This document shows, piece after piece, positions 7,872 to 17,201 of a stretch of DNA of 64,000 nt. The translations under genes and the position numbers were made by a program. This stretch comes from Candidatus Kaiserbacteria bacterium RIFCSPLOWO2_01_FULL_50_24. Lineage in GTDB: Bacteria > Patescibacteriota > Minisyncoccia > Phycocordibacterales > UBA2100. Position 1 is the first letter of the stretch. Every line of letters starts with the position of its first letter. The stretch covers positions 30,122 through 94,121 of the forward strand of contig MFLU01000010.1 of NCBI GenBank assembly GCA_001783335.1, in the 5' to 3' direction. Under the pieces are notes generated by a model. That model had not been told where the DNA came from, made no database searches, and saw nothing but the letters and a program-made list of their open reading frames with translations.

Positions 7872-9641
7872 ATGACGGTTGAGGCAACTTGGATTAAGAC
7901 CAAATGGAATCTTGGACTTCTATACGATTCGCTGACGGACCCAAGAATAGAGGAAGATATATCAAAACACGAGCGTGCGTTTGAGGACTTTGAAAGGCGG
8001 TATCGGAACGACACGGCGTATCTTGGAGATGTGGTCGCACTATGTATAGCGCTCCCGGACTACGAGTCTCTCTGGCGCGTGGGTAATTACAAACCCTTAC
8101 GCTATCTGTCGTTTGTAAACACGCTTGATAGCACAAACGCAGAGTGCAAAGCGCTCCAGCAAAAAATCACAGAACGTTTGGTGCGTGCTGGGAATCGCAT
8201 TAAATTTTTCCCGCTATCACTTGGAAAAATTTCCAAAGAAGCACAGGAGGCGTTTCTTGCAAGGGAATTACTGGCGCCGTATCGGTATTGGTTATCAAAA
8301 CTTTTTGAGGAAGCGCGACACAAACTCACAGAGCCGGAAGAGAAAATTCTTGCACTGAAAGCAAATACGTCAAGCGGAATGTGGACTTCGGGCGTGAAAA
8401 ACACCCTCAACAAGCAGGTTATCACGTTTGATGGCACAGAAATTCCTCTCAATGAAGCTGAAGGTAAAGTGTCAACGATACACGATACCGAAAAGCGCCG
8501 CGCCTTGTGGAGTGCGGTCATAGAAGGGTACCAGCGATTAGGTGATTTTGCGGAAAGCGAAATTAACGCCGTGTTCACCGACAAGAAAATCAACGATGAA
8601 TTGCGTGGGTACAAGGAACCGTACGATGCGACAATCCTCGGATACGAAAACAAAAGAGAAAGCGTGCTGGCGCTCGTAAAAACGGTAACCGAGAATTTTT
8701 CGGTAAGCCAGCGATTCTTCGAGGTCAAGTGCCGCATGCTTGCATTGCCGGAATTGACATATGCCGATCGTGGCGTGTCTCCGGGCCGTCAGATGCGTAG
8801 TTACTCATTTACCGAGTCGGTGCGGATTACTGAAAATGCCCTTGACCGCGCAGATCCAAGGTACGGAAACATATTTAGGGATTATCTTCGACACGGACAG
8901 ATAGATGTGTTTCCGCACGCGAACAGAGCTAGTGGCGGATTCTGCGCGGGCACGATAGATCTGCCGACCTTCATTTTCTTGAATCATGCGGACAACTTGC
9001 GCTCCTTGTCTACGTTGGCGCATGAGGTGGGGCACGGCATCCACTATGAACGCTCAAAGGTCCAATCGCCCATGTATCAACAATTTACGATACCGGTCGC
9101 GGAAACGGCCAGCACATTCTTTGAGGGCCTCGCGTTTAACCGAGCGATGAAAGAGATGGATGCGAGTGAGAAAGCGATAGCGCTTCACGAGCGGCTGAAT
9201 GGTGAAATTGCAACCATTTTCCGACAAATCGCCTTCTTTAACTTTGAGGAAGAATTACATCGCGCGGTGCGGGAAGACGGTTGGGTTACCAAAGAGGAAA
9301 TCGCGCGGATGCTCAACAGGCACACGGGGGCCTACATGGGCCCCACGATGAAATTGCGGGACGAAGACGGCTATTTCTTCATCACCGTGCCGCACTTCCG
9401 CTATATGTTCTACGTGTATTCATATGCGTATGGTCAATTGATAAGTCGGGCTCTCGTGCGACGGGTCCAAAATGACTCTGCGTACATCAAGCAGGTAGAT
9501 CGGTTTCTCTCTGCTGGCGGAAGTCAAAAGCCCGAGCACATATTTGCCGACATCGGCATTGAAGTAAACGAGGAGTTTTTCCGCGAGGGCATCGCGGAAA
9601 TTGAAAAAGACCTCTCGGAACTTGAGCAACTGGTTGCGTAA
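7872..9641 (+). CDS. pepF: Oligoendopeptidase F (M3B family metallopeptidase)
   Basis: It has the HEVGHGIH zinc motif and PepF-like length. The start at 7872 has a GGGAG RBS and was preferred over the upstream ORF-track start. Confidence 0.85.
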   Translation: MTVEATWIKTKWNLGLLYDSLTDPRIEEDISKHERAFEDFERRYRNDTAYLGDVVALCIALPDYESLWRVGNYKPLRYLSFVNTLDSTNAECKALQQKITERLVRAGNRIKFFPLSLGKISKEAQEAFLARELLAPYRYWLSKLFEEARHKLTEPEEKILALKANTSSGMWTSGVKNTLNKQVITFDGTEIPLNEAEGKVSTIHDTEKRRALWSAVIEGYQRLGDFAESEINAVFTDKKINDELRGYKEPYDATILGYENKRESVLALVKTVTENFSVSQRFFEVKCRMLALPELTYADRGVSPGRQMRSYSFTESVRITENALDRADPRYGNIFRDYLRHGQIDVFPHANRASGGFCAGTIDLPTFIFLNHADNLRSLSTLAHEVGHGIHYERSKVQSPMYQQFTIPVAETASTFFEGLAFNRAMKEMDASEKAIALHERLNGEIATIFRQIAFFNFEEELHRAVREDGWVTKEEIARMLNRHTGAYMGPTMKLRDEDGYFFITVPHFRYMFYVYSYAYGQLISRALVRRVQNDSAYIKQVDRFLSAGGSQKPEHIFADIGIEVNEEFFREGIAEIEKDLSELEQLVA

Positions 9642-9656
9642 CGCGCATCCAAAAAC

Positions 9657-9677
9657 CCTAGAGGCGTCGCCTCTAGG
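9657..9677. repeat. Third copy of the REP palindrome cctagaggcgtcgcctctagg, downstream of pepF
   Basis: It matches the copy at 7013-7033 exactly. Confidence 0.9.
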
Positions 9678-9751
9678 ATTATGAGTGGTTTGACCGACTA
9701 TATTCTTCACCCTCGTGGCACACGCGCCGCGGGGGTGATATTCTTTGTGTT

Positions 9752-11572
9752 GTGCAGGTAAATGAAATACGAGAAAAATATTTGGCGTTTTTCAAAGCGC
9801 GGGGGCATGTAATAGTGTCATCGGCGTCACTGGTTCCAGAGGGAGACGCAACGACGCTTTTTACGGGGAACGGCATGCAGCCGATGGTTCCGTATCTCCT
9901 CGGAGCGTCGCATCCAAGCGGTACACGAATCGCCGACGTGCAAAAGTCGTTTCGAGCGGAAGATATTGCAGAAGTGGGGGACAATCGCCACACGACATTC
10001 TTTGAAATGCTGGGCAACTGGTCGTTCGGCGACTATTGGAAAAAAGAACAGCTCACATGGTGTTTTGAATTTTTGACCAAAGAGCTCGGATTTCCGAAAG
10101 AGCGCCTATGGGTCACCTGTTTTGAAGGTGATACGGAAAAAGGAATACCGAAAGACACGGAATCGGCGGAAATCTGGAAAGAATTGGGAATTCCCGAAGA
10201 TCACATACGTTTCTATGAAGCCAAGAATTGGTGGAGTCGCGCGGGTGCTCCTTCCGAAATGCCGGAAGGTGAGCCGGGCGGGCCGGACTCGGAGGTGTTT
10301 TATGAATTTACACAAGTAGCACATGATGCAAAATTTGGCGACGAGTGCCATCCGAATTGCGACTGCGGGCGGTTTCTTGAAATATGCAACTCGGTATTTA
10401 TGCAGTACGTGAAAATTGCTGGAGGCGGGTTTCAGCCGCTCCCGAAACAAAATGTTGATTTCGGAGGCGGACTGGAACGTATCGCGGCGGCTTCGGAAAA
10501 TAATCCGGATATATTCGTAACCGACGTGTTTATTGAGCCGATACGGCTTTTGGAGCACATGAGCGGAAAACATTATGTTGATTCTCGTTACGCGCGTAGC
10601 TTTCGCATTATTGCAGACCACGCGCGGGCGGTCACTTTCATACTGGCCGACGGCGTTCGGCCGTCCAATACCGAGCGCGGCTATGTGCTTCGCCGCCTTA
10701 TTCGCCGTGCGGCGCTTCACGCTTTGAAACTTGATTTTGTGGATAAAGACAAAGAGGATTCCGCGCTCGTGCGGTGTGCCACCATATATCTTGAAAAATA
10801 CAGGCAGGCATATCCGGAACTCGCTGGCGAAGAAATGTATGCTACGGTAACGAATGGGCTGTGGGAGGAGGAAAGAAATTTTGCAAAAACACTTACACGC
10901 GGCATGCGGGAGTTTGAGAAAATTGCCGCCGATGGGCATATCTCGGGCGAGCAGGCATTTCTCCTCACCACCACCTACGGCTTTCCGTTTGAAATGATGG
11001 CAGAGTTGGCGCATGAGCGCGCAATAGAGGTGGATGAGGTTGATTTTCAGAAACTCATGAAGGAACATCAAGGAACATCGCGTGCGGGTGCAGAGAAAAA
11101 ATTCAAGGGCGGGCTCGCGGATAGCTCGGAGCAAACGACGCGCCTCCACACCGCGCACCACCTTTTGCTCAAATCACTCCAGATGGTGCTCGGACCGCAC
11201 GTAAAACAGCGTGGGAGCAACATCACGCAAGAACGTTTGCGTATTGATTTCTCGCATGGAGAGAAAATGACAAAAGAGCAAATCGCAGAAGTGGAGCGTA
11301 TCGTGAACGAGAAAATCGCGGAGGCCTTGCCAGTTGTATGCACGGAGATGGCGCGCGAGGAGGCGGAACAACTTGGCGCGGAACATGAGTTCGGTGCGAA
11401 GTATACGGAGCGCGTTTCCGTGTATTCAGTCGGCCAACCAGACAACGTATTCTCCATAGAATTTTGCGGCGGGCCGCATGTAGCGAATACCGGCGGACTC
11501 GGTACATTCAAAATTTTGAAAGAGGAGGCCGTGGCGGCCGGTATACGCCGTATCAAGGCGACACTCGCGTAA
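9752..11572 (+). CDS. alaS: Alanyl-tRNA synthetase, short form (catalytic, tRNA-binding and editing domains, no C-Ala domain)
   Basis: It begins with a GTG start. The N-terminus (VNEIREKYLAFFKARGH...) is AlaRS-like, and the editing-domain motifs HTAHHLL and CGGPHV are present. At 606 aa the protein ends right after the editing domain. Confidence 0.9.
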   Translation: MQVNEIREKYLAFFKARGHVIVSSASLVPEGDATTLFTGNGMQPMVPYLLGASHPSGTRIADVQKSFRAEDIAEVGDNRHTTFFEMLGNWSFGDYWKKEQLTWCFEFLTKELGFPKERLWVTCFEGDTEKGIPKDTESAEIWKELGIPEDHIRFYEAKNWWSRAGAPSEMPEGEPGGPDSEVFYEFTQVAHDAKFGDECHPNCDCGRFLEICNSVFMQYVKIAGGGFQPLPKQNVDFGGGLERIAAASENNPDIFVTDVFIEPIRLLEHMSGKHYVDSRYARSFRIIADHARAVTFILADGVRPSNTERGYVLRRLIRRAALHALKLDFVDKDKEDSALVRCATIYLEKYRQAYPELAGEEMYATVTNGLWEEERNFAKTLTRGMREFEKIAADGHISGEQAFLLTTTYGFPFEMMAELAHERAIEVDEVDFQKLMKEHQGTSRAGAEKKFKGGLADSSEQTTRLHTAHHLLLKSLQMVLGPHVKQRGSNITQERLRIDFSHGEKMTKEQIAEVERIVNEKIAEALPVVCTEMAREEAEQLGAEHEFGAKYTERVSVYSVGQPDNVFSIEFCGGPHVANTGGLGTFKILKEEAVAAGIRRIKATLA

Positions 11573-11587
11573 ATCTTTATAGACTTT

Positions 11588-11623
11588 TTATGCCATGGCA
11601 TAAAAAGTCTATACACAGACAAT
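11588..11623 (+). terminator. Perfect 36-bp palindrome (tatagactttttatgcc|atggcataaaaagtctata) immediately after alaS
   Basis: A 16-bp stem follows 16 nt after the alaS stop. It could act as a terminator in either direction. Confidence 0.6.
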
Positions 11624-11721
11624 GGCGATACAAAATAGCCATAAAATTATGGGGTTGTATTTGTTCACAGCATGATAGTGCGCCCCGTTTAAACACGCCG
11701 TGACGCGTTATAATTTAGACA

Positions 11722-12891
11722 ATGTTCTCCATTCCCTTTCTGCAAAAACGCGAGCGCGTTGCGATTGTTGTATATGTCGGGGGTGCCTCGGCAGGTGTAG
11801 CCTTCGGCGTATTGCGCGAAAACTCTTTTCATATTGTCGCATCAGAGACCGTGGAAGCGACGCTTGCTGATCGTACGCGCGAACACACAATCGCTGCGGT
11901 GAAGACGGCGCTCCGCGAAGCGTCCGAGAAAGCGCGCGCGGCATATGCGGCGACCCTCGTCTTCAACATGCATGGAACTCCACATATCGGATATGTCGTT
12001 TTGGAGTCGCCATGGTCAGAGACCTGTGCTGTCGGAGCGGAGAGGGAGCTTCAAGAGGAAACAAAGATAACAAACGAAATCTTAGGCGAAATTTCGCGCG
12101 AAGCTATCGCGAGCGAATGTGAGCCGCCGAGAGAGATAGTGGCACGCGATAGTACATTTGAAGCAACGACTGTGCGTGTTCTTTTAAACGGCTATCCGAC
12201 GGCAAAACCGGCGGGAAAGTATGCGGCGCATGTTGCCGTTCGCGCCATTGTCTCCAGTGCCGAACCAACCGTACTTCGTGGCGCAACCGAAGTGCTTGTA
12301 TCGTTTGGCATTGATAATCCGGTTTTACGTTCCGGCGCGCGCGCGCTTTTCTCTGCAGCGCGCAGGATGGCGGATGTGGGCGAAGAGTATGTGCTCGCGC
12401 ATCTCACCGACGGCTCCCTCTACTTTTTAATCGTGCACGAAGGGGTGCCTGTTATTTCTGCCGTTATTCCTATGGGGCTTCATGAGATATTGAAACGCGT
12501 GTCTCCCCAACAGTCGCCGGAGGAAACACTGAGCTTATTTTCCCTTACAGAAAAGGAAGCGTGCAGTCAGGAAGCATGCGCCGCGTTTCAAGAGGCATTA
12601 GGGAAATTTGAGCCGGAATTCGTGCGCGTGGCCGGAGAAAGTATGGCGGGAATGTGCGACGGAAGAAAGTTGCCGCAGCGTTTGGTGCTTCACGCGGATG
12701 CACGCATCGCGGAGTGGCTTTCCAACGTATTTTCACGCATTGACTTTGAGCAGTTTACGATAACTGTTCAGCCGTACTCGGTGCGGCTTCTCACGCTTCC
12801 TGATACGCTCGTTTCTCTCGGCGAGGGGGTGCATGTGGAACCATCGTTAAAAATTGCTTCTGCGCTCGTGCCGCTTGAGGCAAACATCTAG
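11722..12891 (+). CDS. Hypothetical protein
   Basis: This is a long ORF with coding-like composition and no motif I can name confidently. Confidence 0.5.
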   Translation: MFSIPFLQKRERVAIVVYVGGASAGVAFGVLRENSFHIVASETVEATLADRTREHTIAAVKTALREASEKARAAYAATLVFNMHGTPHIGYVVLESPWSETCAVGAERELQEETKITNEILGEISREAIASECEPPREIVARDSTFEATTVRVLLNGYPTAKPAGKYAAHVAVRAIVSSAEPTVLRGATEVLVSFGIDNPVLRSGARALFSAARRMADVGEEYVLAHLTDGSLYFLIVHEGVPVISAVIPMGLHEILKRVSPQQSPEETLSLFSLTEKEACSQEACAAFQEALGKFEPEFVRVAGESMAGMCDGRKLPQRLVLHADARIAEWLSNVFSRIDFEQFTITVQPYSVRLLTLPDTLVSLGEGVHVEPSLKIASALVPLEANI

Positions 12892-12892
12892 T

Positions 12893-13060
12893 GCATGTTC
12901 AAAAAACACAGAGCACAGATTGCACAAAGCACAAATAAACAAGGCCGCGCCGTCTATCCCCGCAGCAAGCCCTCGACACTTACTCTGGTGTTATTGCATG
13001 CGTGTTTTTGTGTTCTGGTTCCTGTGTTTTGTTTTCCTAAACAAATTCCCAGTGTCCACA
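12893..13060. repeat. Family-E element (caaaaaacacag...ctggttcctgt), paralogous to the 5' end of the M23 peptidase gene at 40197-40345
   Basis: The blocks caaaaaacacagagcacagattgcacaaag and tgtgttctggttcctgtg are shared with 40203-40235 and 40320-40340. Confidence 0.65.
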
Positions 13061-13102
13061 GCGTTCACCATTGTTCCACATAGTCGTGATATACTACACA
13101 TA

Positions 13103-14521
13103 ATGCCGAAGGATTACTTTGAAGACATCGCTCCTCCTCTCGCAAAGTCCGCCGAGAAGGCGTCTACTGCCTTGACTCCCGCGTCTGTTTCAATCAAATC
13201 CAGAGAACAAAAATCTGCTCTTCCGCGCTCCGCGCCACCTCCCCCGTCTCCCGTTGTTGGTGTGGGCGATCGTTCTATACGAAATATCGCGTCGTCGCGC
13301 TCGCGTCTTCGCCAAGCACCTCCTCCCGTTTCCCCACCGCCGAATATGTGGAATACTGGAGGTATGGCACAAGCAGTAACAAAACATTCGCGTTGGTGGC
13401 TGTGGCTTGTGGCTCTCGGCGCACTCTTACTTCTTGGAGGTGTCCTGTTGTTTGCGAATCGCGGAACGACCGTAACGGTAGTGCCACGCTCCCACACCGT
13501 AGTTTTTGACGCATCCCATCGCTATACCGGATACCCGGCGGCCAGTGCAGAAGCGGGCGCACTCGCGTACACGCTGCAAACATTTGAATTTGAGGACTCT
13601 GCGGCCGTGCCCGCCGAAGGAGTGGAGCGTGTGGAGGAAAAAGCACACGGCACCATTACAATTTTTAACGAACACTCTGCATCGTCCGTACGACTCATTA
13701 AAAATACCCGTTTCCAAACCCTGGCAGGCCTGGTATTTCGGGTTCCAGATACCGTTACCGTTCCAGGAAAGAGCGCGTCGAAAGCCGGTACTATTTCGAT
13801 TGAAGTGTACGCCGACTCTCCGGGGGAGGAGTACAATGTTGGACCCGTAGCACGCTTTACACTTCCCGGATTAAAAACGTCTCCCGACATGTACTCTGCG
13901 GTGTACGCAAAATCAGATACACCGTTTTCCGGCGGGTTCATCGGCGAGCGTCCGCGTGTGGCGCCTCAGACTCTCGAAAGTGCTCGTGCGAATGTGCGCG
14001 CGCGTTTGGAAGAAAAAGCTGTAGGAGTGCAAAGCACCGACATTGCGGGGATTTTGCTTCCGGGATTGTATCGCATCTCATTCGTGTCCGAGTCGCAGAC
14101 CACCGAAGCCGGTGGCGGAGTCCGTATTCACGAAAAGGCGGTGGTGATGTATCCCGTGTTCACGCCGGAATCATTCTCTGCTGTGGTAGCGAGTAGCATC
14201 GCGGCAGACGCAGAGAACGCGTCCGTTCGTTTTACTCCCGGCGCTGCCTTTTCTGCGATAGCTGACGCTTCCGCACTCGGAGCACTTGAATCTGGGTCGT
14301 TCCCATTCTCACTAAACGGGCAAGGCAGGATCGTTTTTAACGTTGATGCGGAGGCGCTTACAAACGCGCTCGCAGGGCGTGAGAAATCGGCATTTGAGGC
14401 GATTTCTGCGAGTTTTCCCGGCATTGAAACTGCGCGCGCTCGCGTGAGTCCGTTTTGGTCCGGCACTTTTCCAAAAGATCCTGCCGACATCAACATTGTA
14501 TTGGAATCGGCATCCGAATAA
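13103..14521 (+). CDS. Hypothetical membrane-anchored protein (Pro-rich linker, one TM, large extracytoplasmic domain)
   Basis: The TM segment is WWLWLVALGALLLLGGVLLF. The start was set at Met 13103. The upstream in-frame extension runs through the family-E repeat. Confidence 0.5.
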   Translation: MPKDYFEDIAPPLAKSAEKASTALTPASVSIKSREQKSALPRSAPPPPSPVVGVGDRSIRNIASSRSRLRQAPPPVSPPPNMWNTGGMAQAVTKHSRWWLWLVALGALLLLGGVLLFANRGTTVTVVPRSHTVVFDASHRYTGYPAASAEAGALAYTLQTFEFEDSAAVPAEGVERVEEKAHGTITIFNEHSASSVRLIKNTRFQTLAGLVFRVPDTVTVPGKSASKAGTISIEVYADSPGEEYNVGPVARFTLPGLKTSPDMYSAVYAKSDTPFSGGFIGERPRVAPQTLESARANVRARLEEKAVGVQSTDIAGILLPGLYRISFVSESQTTEAGGGVRIHEKAVVMYPVFTPESFSAVVASSIAADAENASVRFTPGAAFSAIADASALGALESGSFPFSLNGQGRIVFNVDAEALTNALAGREKSAFEAISASFPGIETARARVSPFWSGTFPKDPADINIVLESASE

Positions 14522-14569
14522 TTGATATCGTGTATTGTTTCTGTTACGCTAGAGTTATAGTTACTGCCG

Positions 14570-14779
14570 ATGACCGAACCGCAACTAAAAGAGGGAATTG
14601 TAGACGAGGCGCTGCCGAACGCTCTTTTTCGCATAAAGCTAAAAGAAGGGGGTGAACTCGTGCTTGCGTACCTCGCCGGCAAAATGCGTCTCCACAGAAT
14701 TCGCGTACTTCTTGGTGATCGCGTTGAGCTCCAAATGGACCCGTATGGCGGGCGAGCGAGAATAGTGAAGCGCCTATAG
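14570..14779 (+). CDS. infA: Translation initiation factor IF-1
   Basis: The 69-aa protein has an S1-like fold sequence and a full-length match to the IF-1 pattern. Confidence 0.95.
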   Translation: MTEPQLKEGIVDEALPNALFRIKLKEGGELVLAYLAGKMRLHRIRVLLGDRVELQMDPYGGRARIVKRL

Positions 14780-14794
14780 TGGGGCGCTTCGTCG

Positions 14795-14896
14795 GCACAC
14801 CTGTTTGGGAGACCGCTCACGCCTCGCTCCAGTTTTGTCTTTCAGCAAAACTGGAGCGAGGCTCCACTACGGTTAAGTCTCCCAAACAGGTGTGCC
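14795..14896. repeat. Nested perfect palindromes between infA and rpmJ (outer 20-bp arms ggcacacctgtttgggagac, inner 17-bp arms gcctcgctccagttttg)
   Basis: The exact reverse-complement arms are 14795-14814 with 14877-14896, and 14821-14837 with 14847-14863. Confidence 0.85.
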
Positions 14897-15016
14897 TCCT
14901 CCGCTGAGGGTGGTTGGATACAGAATTGCATACGTGTCTGCGGGTGACAAAGAAACCTTGCATTTTTTGCGGTTTCAGGTTACATTCTCTCGTACCCATG
15001 TCCGATTGGGTTTATG

Positions 15017-15131
15017 CATGAAAGTTAAAGCATCGGTGAAGAAAATTTGTCAGCACTGCCGCCATGTGCGCCGGCGAGGGCGATTACGGGTTATTTGCAA
15101 GAATCCGAGGCATAAGCAGAGACAGGGGTAG
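15017..15131 (+). CDS. rpmJ: 50S ribosomal protein L36
   Basis: The translation [37 protein letters not shown] matches L36. Confidence 0.9.
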
Positions 15132-15240
15132 CTTCTAGCTTTGAGCTTCTAGCTTCTAGGAAAAACCTGGAGGTTGGAAGCTCCAAGTCAGGGGCACAAA
15201 GTAAAAACCTATAAGCTAAAAGCTAGCACCTAGAAGCTAT
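15132..15240. repeat. Family-D intergenic repeat (agcttctag units, ending ...cctagaagctattc)
   Basis: Other copies lie at 44909-45001 and as a fragment inside leuS at 50228-50269. Confidence 0.75.
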
Positions 15241-15245
15241 TCATT

Positions 15246-15626
15246 ATGCGTATCTCCGGTATTACAATCCCAGAAAATAAGCGGCTTGAGATAGGCCTCA
15301 CGGCGGTGTATGGTGTGGGGCGGCCACGCGCGCGCGCCACACTTGCGCTACTTGGTATTGACTCGGGCGCGCGCCCGAAGGATTTGTCACAAAAAGAGGA
15401 AGGCGCGCTTCGAGAGGCGGTAGAGAAAAATAAGGTGGAGGGCGAGTTGAAGCGTTTTATTTCAGCCAACATTCGGCGGCTTAAAGACATCAAGGCGTAT
15501 CGAGGAGGGCGCCATGCAAAACGACTTCCGGCTCGGGGACAGGGAACTAAAACAAACTCGCGCACCGTGCGCGGCAATGTGCGAAAGACGATGACCTCAG
15601 GCAAACGCAAATTAGAAAAGACATAA
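15246..15626 (+). CDS. rpsM: 30S ribosomal protein S13
   Basis: The N-terminus is MRISGITIPENKRLEIGLTAVYGVGR. Confidence 0.95.
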   Translation: MRISGITIPENKRLEIGLTAVYGVGRPRARATLALLGIDSGARPKDLSQKEEGALREAVEKNKVEGELKRFISANIRRLKDIKAYRGGRHAKRLPARGQGTKTNSRTVRGNVRKTMTSGKRKLEKT

Positions 15627-15639
15627 TATGTGCCAATCT

Positions 15640-15800
15640 GCAAATATATTTCAACCTGCAAATGGCTACGAATTTACAAAAAGCACCAAATTCCAAGCAC
15701 CAAATCACAATGAACAAAATACAAAATACAAAACAAAATACGTTTGAGACATTAGGATTTAGAATTTCGGTATTGTTTGGAATTTGGGATTTGTAATTTG
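15640..15800. repeat. Family-C intergenic repeat (ccaagcaccaaatcacaa ... tttggaatttg-gatttgtaatttg)
   Basis: Its ends are shared with 23305-23455 (inverted orientation) and 30271-30410, with fragments at 46903-46958 and inside leuS at 50612-50686. Confidence 0.75.
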
Positions 15801-15815
15801 TTATTTTCCTTATCT

Positions 15816-16250
15816 ATGGGTAAAAAACGCATAATTCGAAAAAGCGGCGGCTCGGTAGACCAAGGCCTTAAATCGAGGTCGTTAGCTCGTGTTGCAAAAA
15901 AGAACATGCTCGCCGGTACTCTTCATATTCAGGCAACGTACAACAACACAAAGGTACTGCTTGCCGATAAGGAGGGCAACACGGTTGCGTGGTCGTCTTC
16001 CGGAGCACTCGGATTCTCCGGCGCAAAGAAAGGAACACCGTTTGCGGCGGCGAAAGTTGGAGAGCTCATTGGTGAGAAAGCAAATATCATCGGCGTTAAA
16101 GAGGTTGATGTAGTTATTCGGGGCGTCGGTGCAGGTAGGGAATCGGCCTTGCGCGCGTTTGCGTCAAAAGGAGTTGACGTATCGCGCATAAGAGACAATA
16201 CCCCCATTCCGCACAATGGGCCGAGACCGCCGAAGCCACGCAGAGTTTAA
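15816..16250 (+). CDS. rpsK: 30S ribosomal protein S11
   Basis: The sequence MGKKRIIRKSGG...LHIQATYNNT matches S11. The start was set at the internal Met rather than the ORF-track start. Confidence 0.95.
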   Translation: MGKKRIIRKSGGSVDQGLKSRSLARVAKKNMLAGTLHIQATYNNTKVLLADKEGNTVAWSSSGALGFSGAKKGTPFAAAKVGELIGEKANIIGVKEVDVVIRGVGAGRESALRAFASKGVDVSRIRDNTPIPHNGPRPPKPRRV

Positions 16251-16378
16251 ATTAAAAACTAAAAGTGAAAAATGAAAAACGACAACTTAAAATGTAAAAC
16301 CACACACACGCTTCTCGGAAGTTTTTAACTTTTCATTGTCGTTTTTAGATTTTCATTTTAAATTTTAAACTTGTTATT
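16251..16378. repeat. Family-B intergenic foldback repeat (arms aaaaatgaaaaacgacaa / ttgtcgtttttagattttcattt, core cacacgcttctcgg)
   Basis: It is nearly identical to 18621-18748, and a truncated copy lies at 18171-18266. Confidence 0.8.
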
Positions 16379-16993
16379 ATGTTGCCCATCAAATCAAAAT
16401 ACAAAATCGCCAAGCGCCTTGGCGCGCATATCTTTCCGCAAACGCAAACGCAGAAGTTTGCGCTTTCCGAAGCGCGCACAAAAAAGCAGAAATCACACAA
16501 ACGTGCCGGTTCAGATTTTAGTAAACAGCTCTTGGAAAAACAGCGTGTTCGCTACACGTACGGTCTTTCGGAGCGCCAACTTTCAAATTATGCGGCACGC
16601 GCTATGAAAGATCCAAATCCGCCGCAGGCGCTTCATCGAGCGTTTGAGTTGCGCCTGGATAGCGTAGTATACCGCGCGGGGTTCGCGCACACGCGGCGCT
16701 CGGCGCGCCAGAGTACCTCTCACGGACACTTCACAGTGAATGGGCGACGCGTGACGACTCCCTCGTTTCAGCTGTCCTTGGACGATGTGGTCGCCGTGCG
16801 AGAGGGAAAGACGAGAGCGTCTCCGCTCTTTTCTGCCCTTACTTCAAACGAGGGAGAAGATATTCGCGCGATACCGAGCTGGCTTTCGGTAGACATATCT
16901 CTCCTCCAGACGACCGTCTCGTCTCTGCCGGAATATACTCAAACGGAGGGAGGCCTTGAGTACCCGCTTGTCTTTGAGTACTACAGCAGATAA
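16379..16993 (+). CDS. rpsD: 30S ribosomal protein S4
   Basis: It shows the S4 N-terminal pattern and S4-domain region. Confidence 0.95.
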   Translation: MLPIKSKYKIAKRLGAHIFPQTQTQKFALSEARTKKQKSHKRAGSDFSKQLLEKQRVRYTYGLSERQLSNYAARAMKDPNPPQALHRAFELRLDSVVYRAGFAHTRRSARQSTSHGHFTVNGRRVTTPSFQLSLDDVVAVREGKTRASPLFSALTSNEGEDIRAIPSWLSVDISLLQTTVSSLPEYTQTEGGLEYPLVFEYYSR

Positions 16994-17201
16994 GATTTTC
17001 TTTCGAGCGGAGTGAGTTAGAAACAACCTTACCCGGCACCTTTTCTATCCACCTATGATATCTACTACCTTGCACAACATGGGATGCTATGTTACGATGG
17101 TTTCTTAATGTGCAAACCCGCACAAAAGGTGTCGGGTGTAAGTTTTTGTAACTCATACATACTCACTTTAGTTCGTATTTATTCATAACAAAATCTAACA
17201 C

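Noticed and set aside
10106-11161. A 351-aa minus-strand ORF, one of several long antisense ORFs (others at 20779..21576 and 22311..23078)
   Set aside because: They lie entirely inside alaS, dnaK and dnaJ on the opposite strand, with low-complexity Arg/Ser/Pro-rich translations. These are typical shadow ORFs of GC-rich coding sequence.
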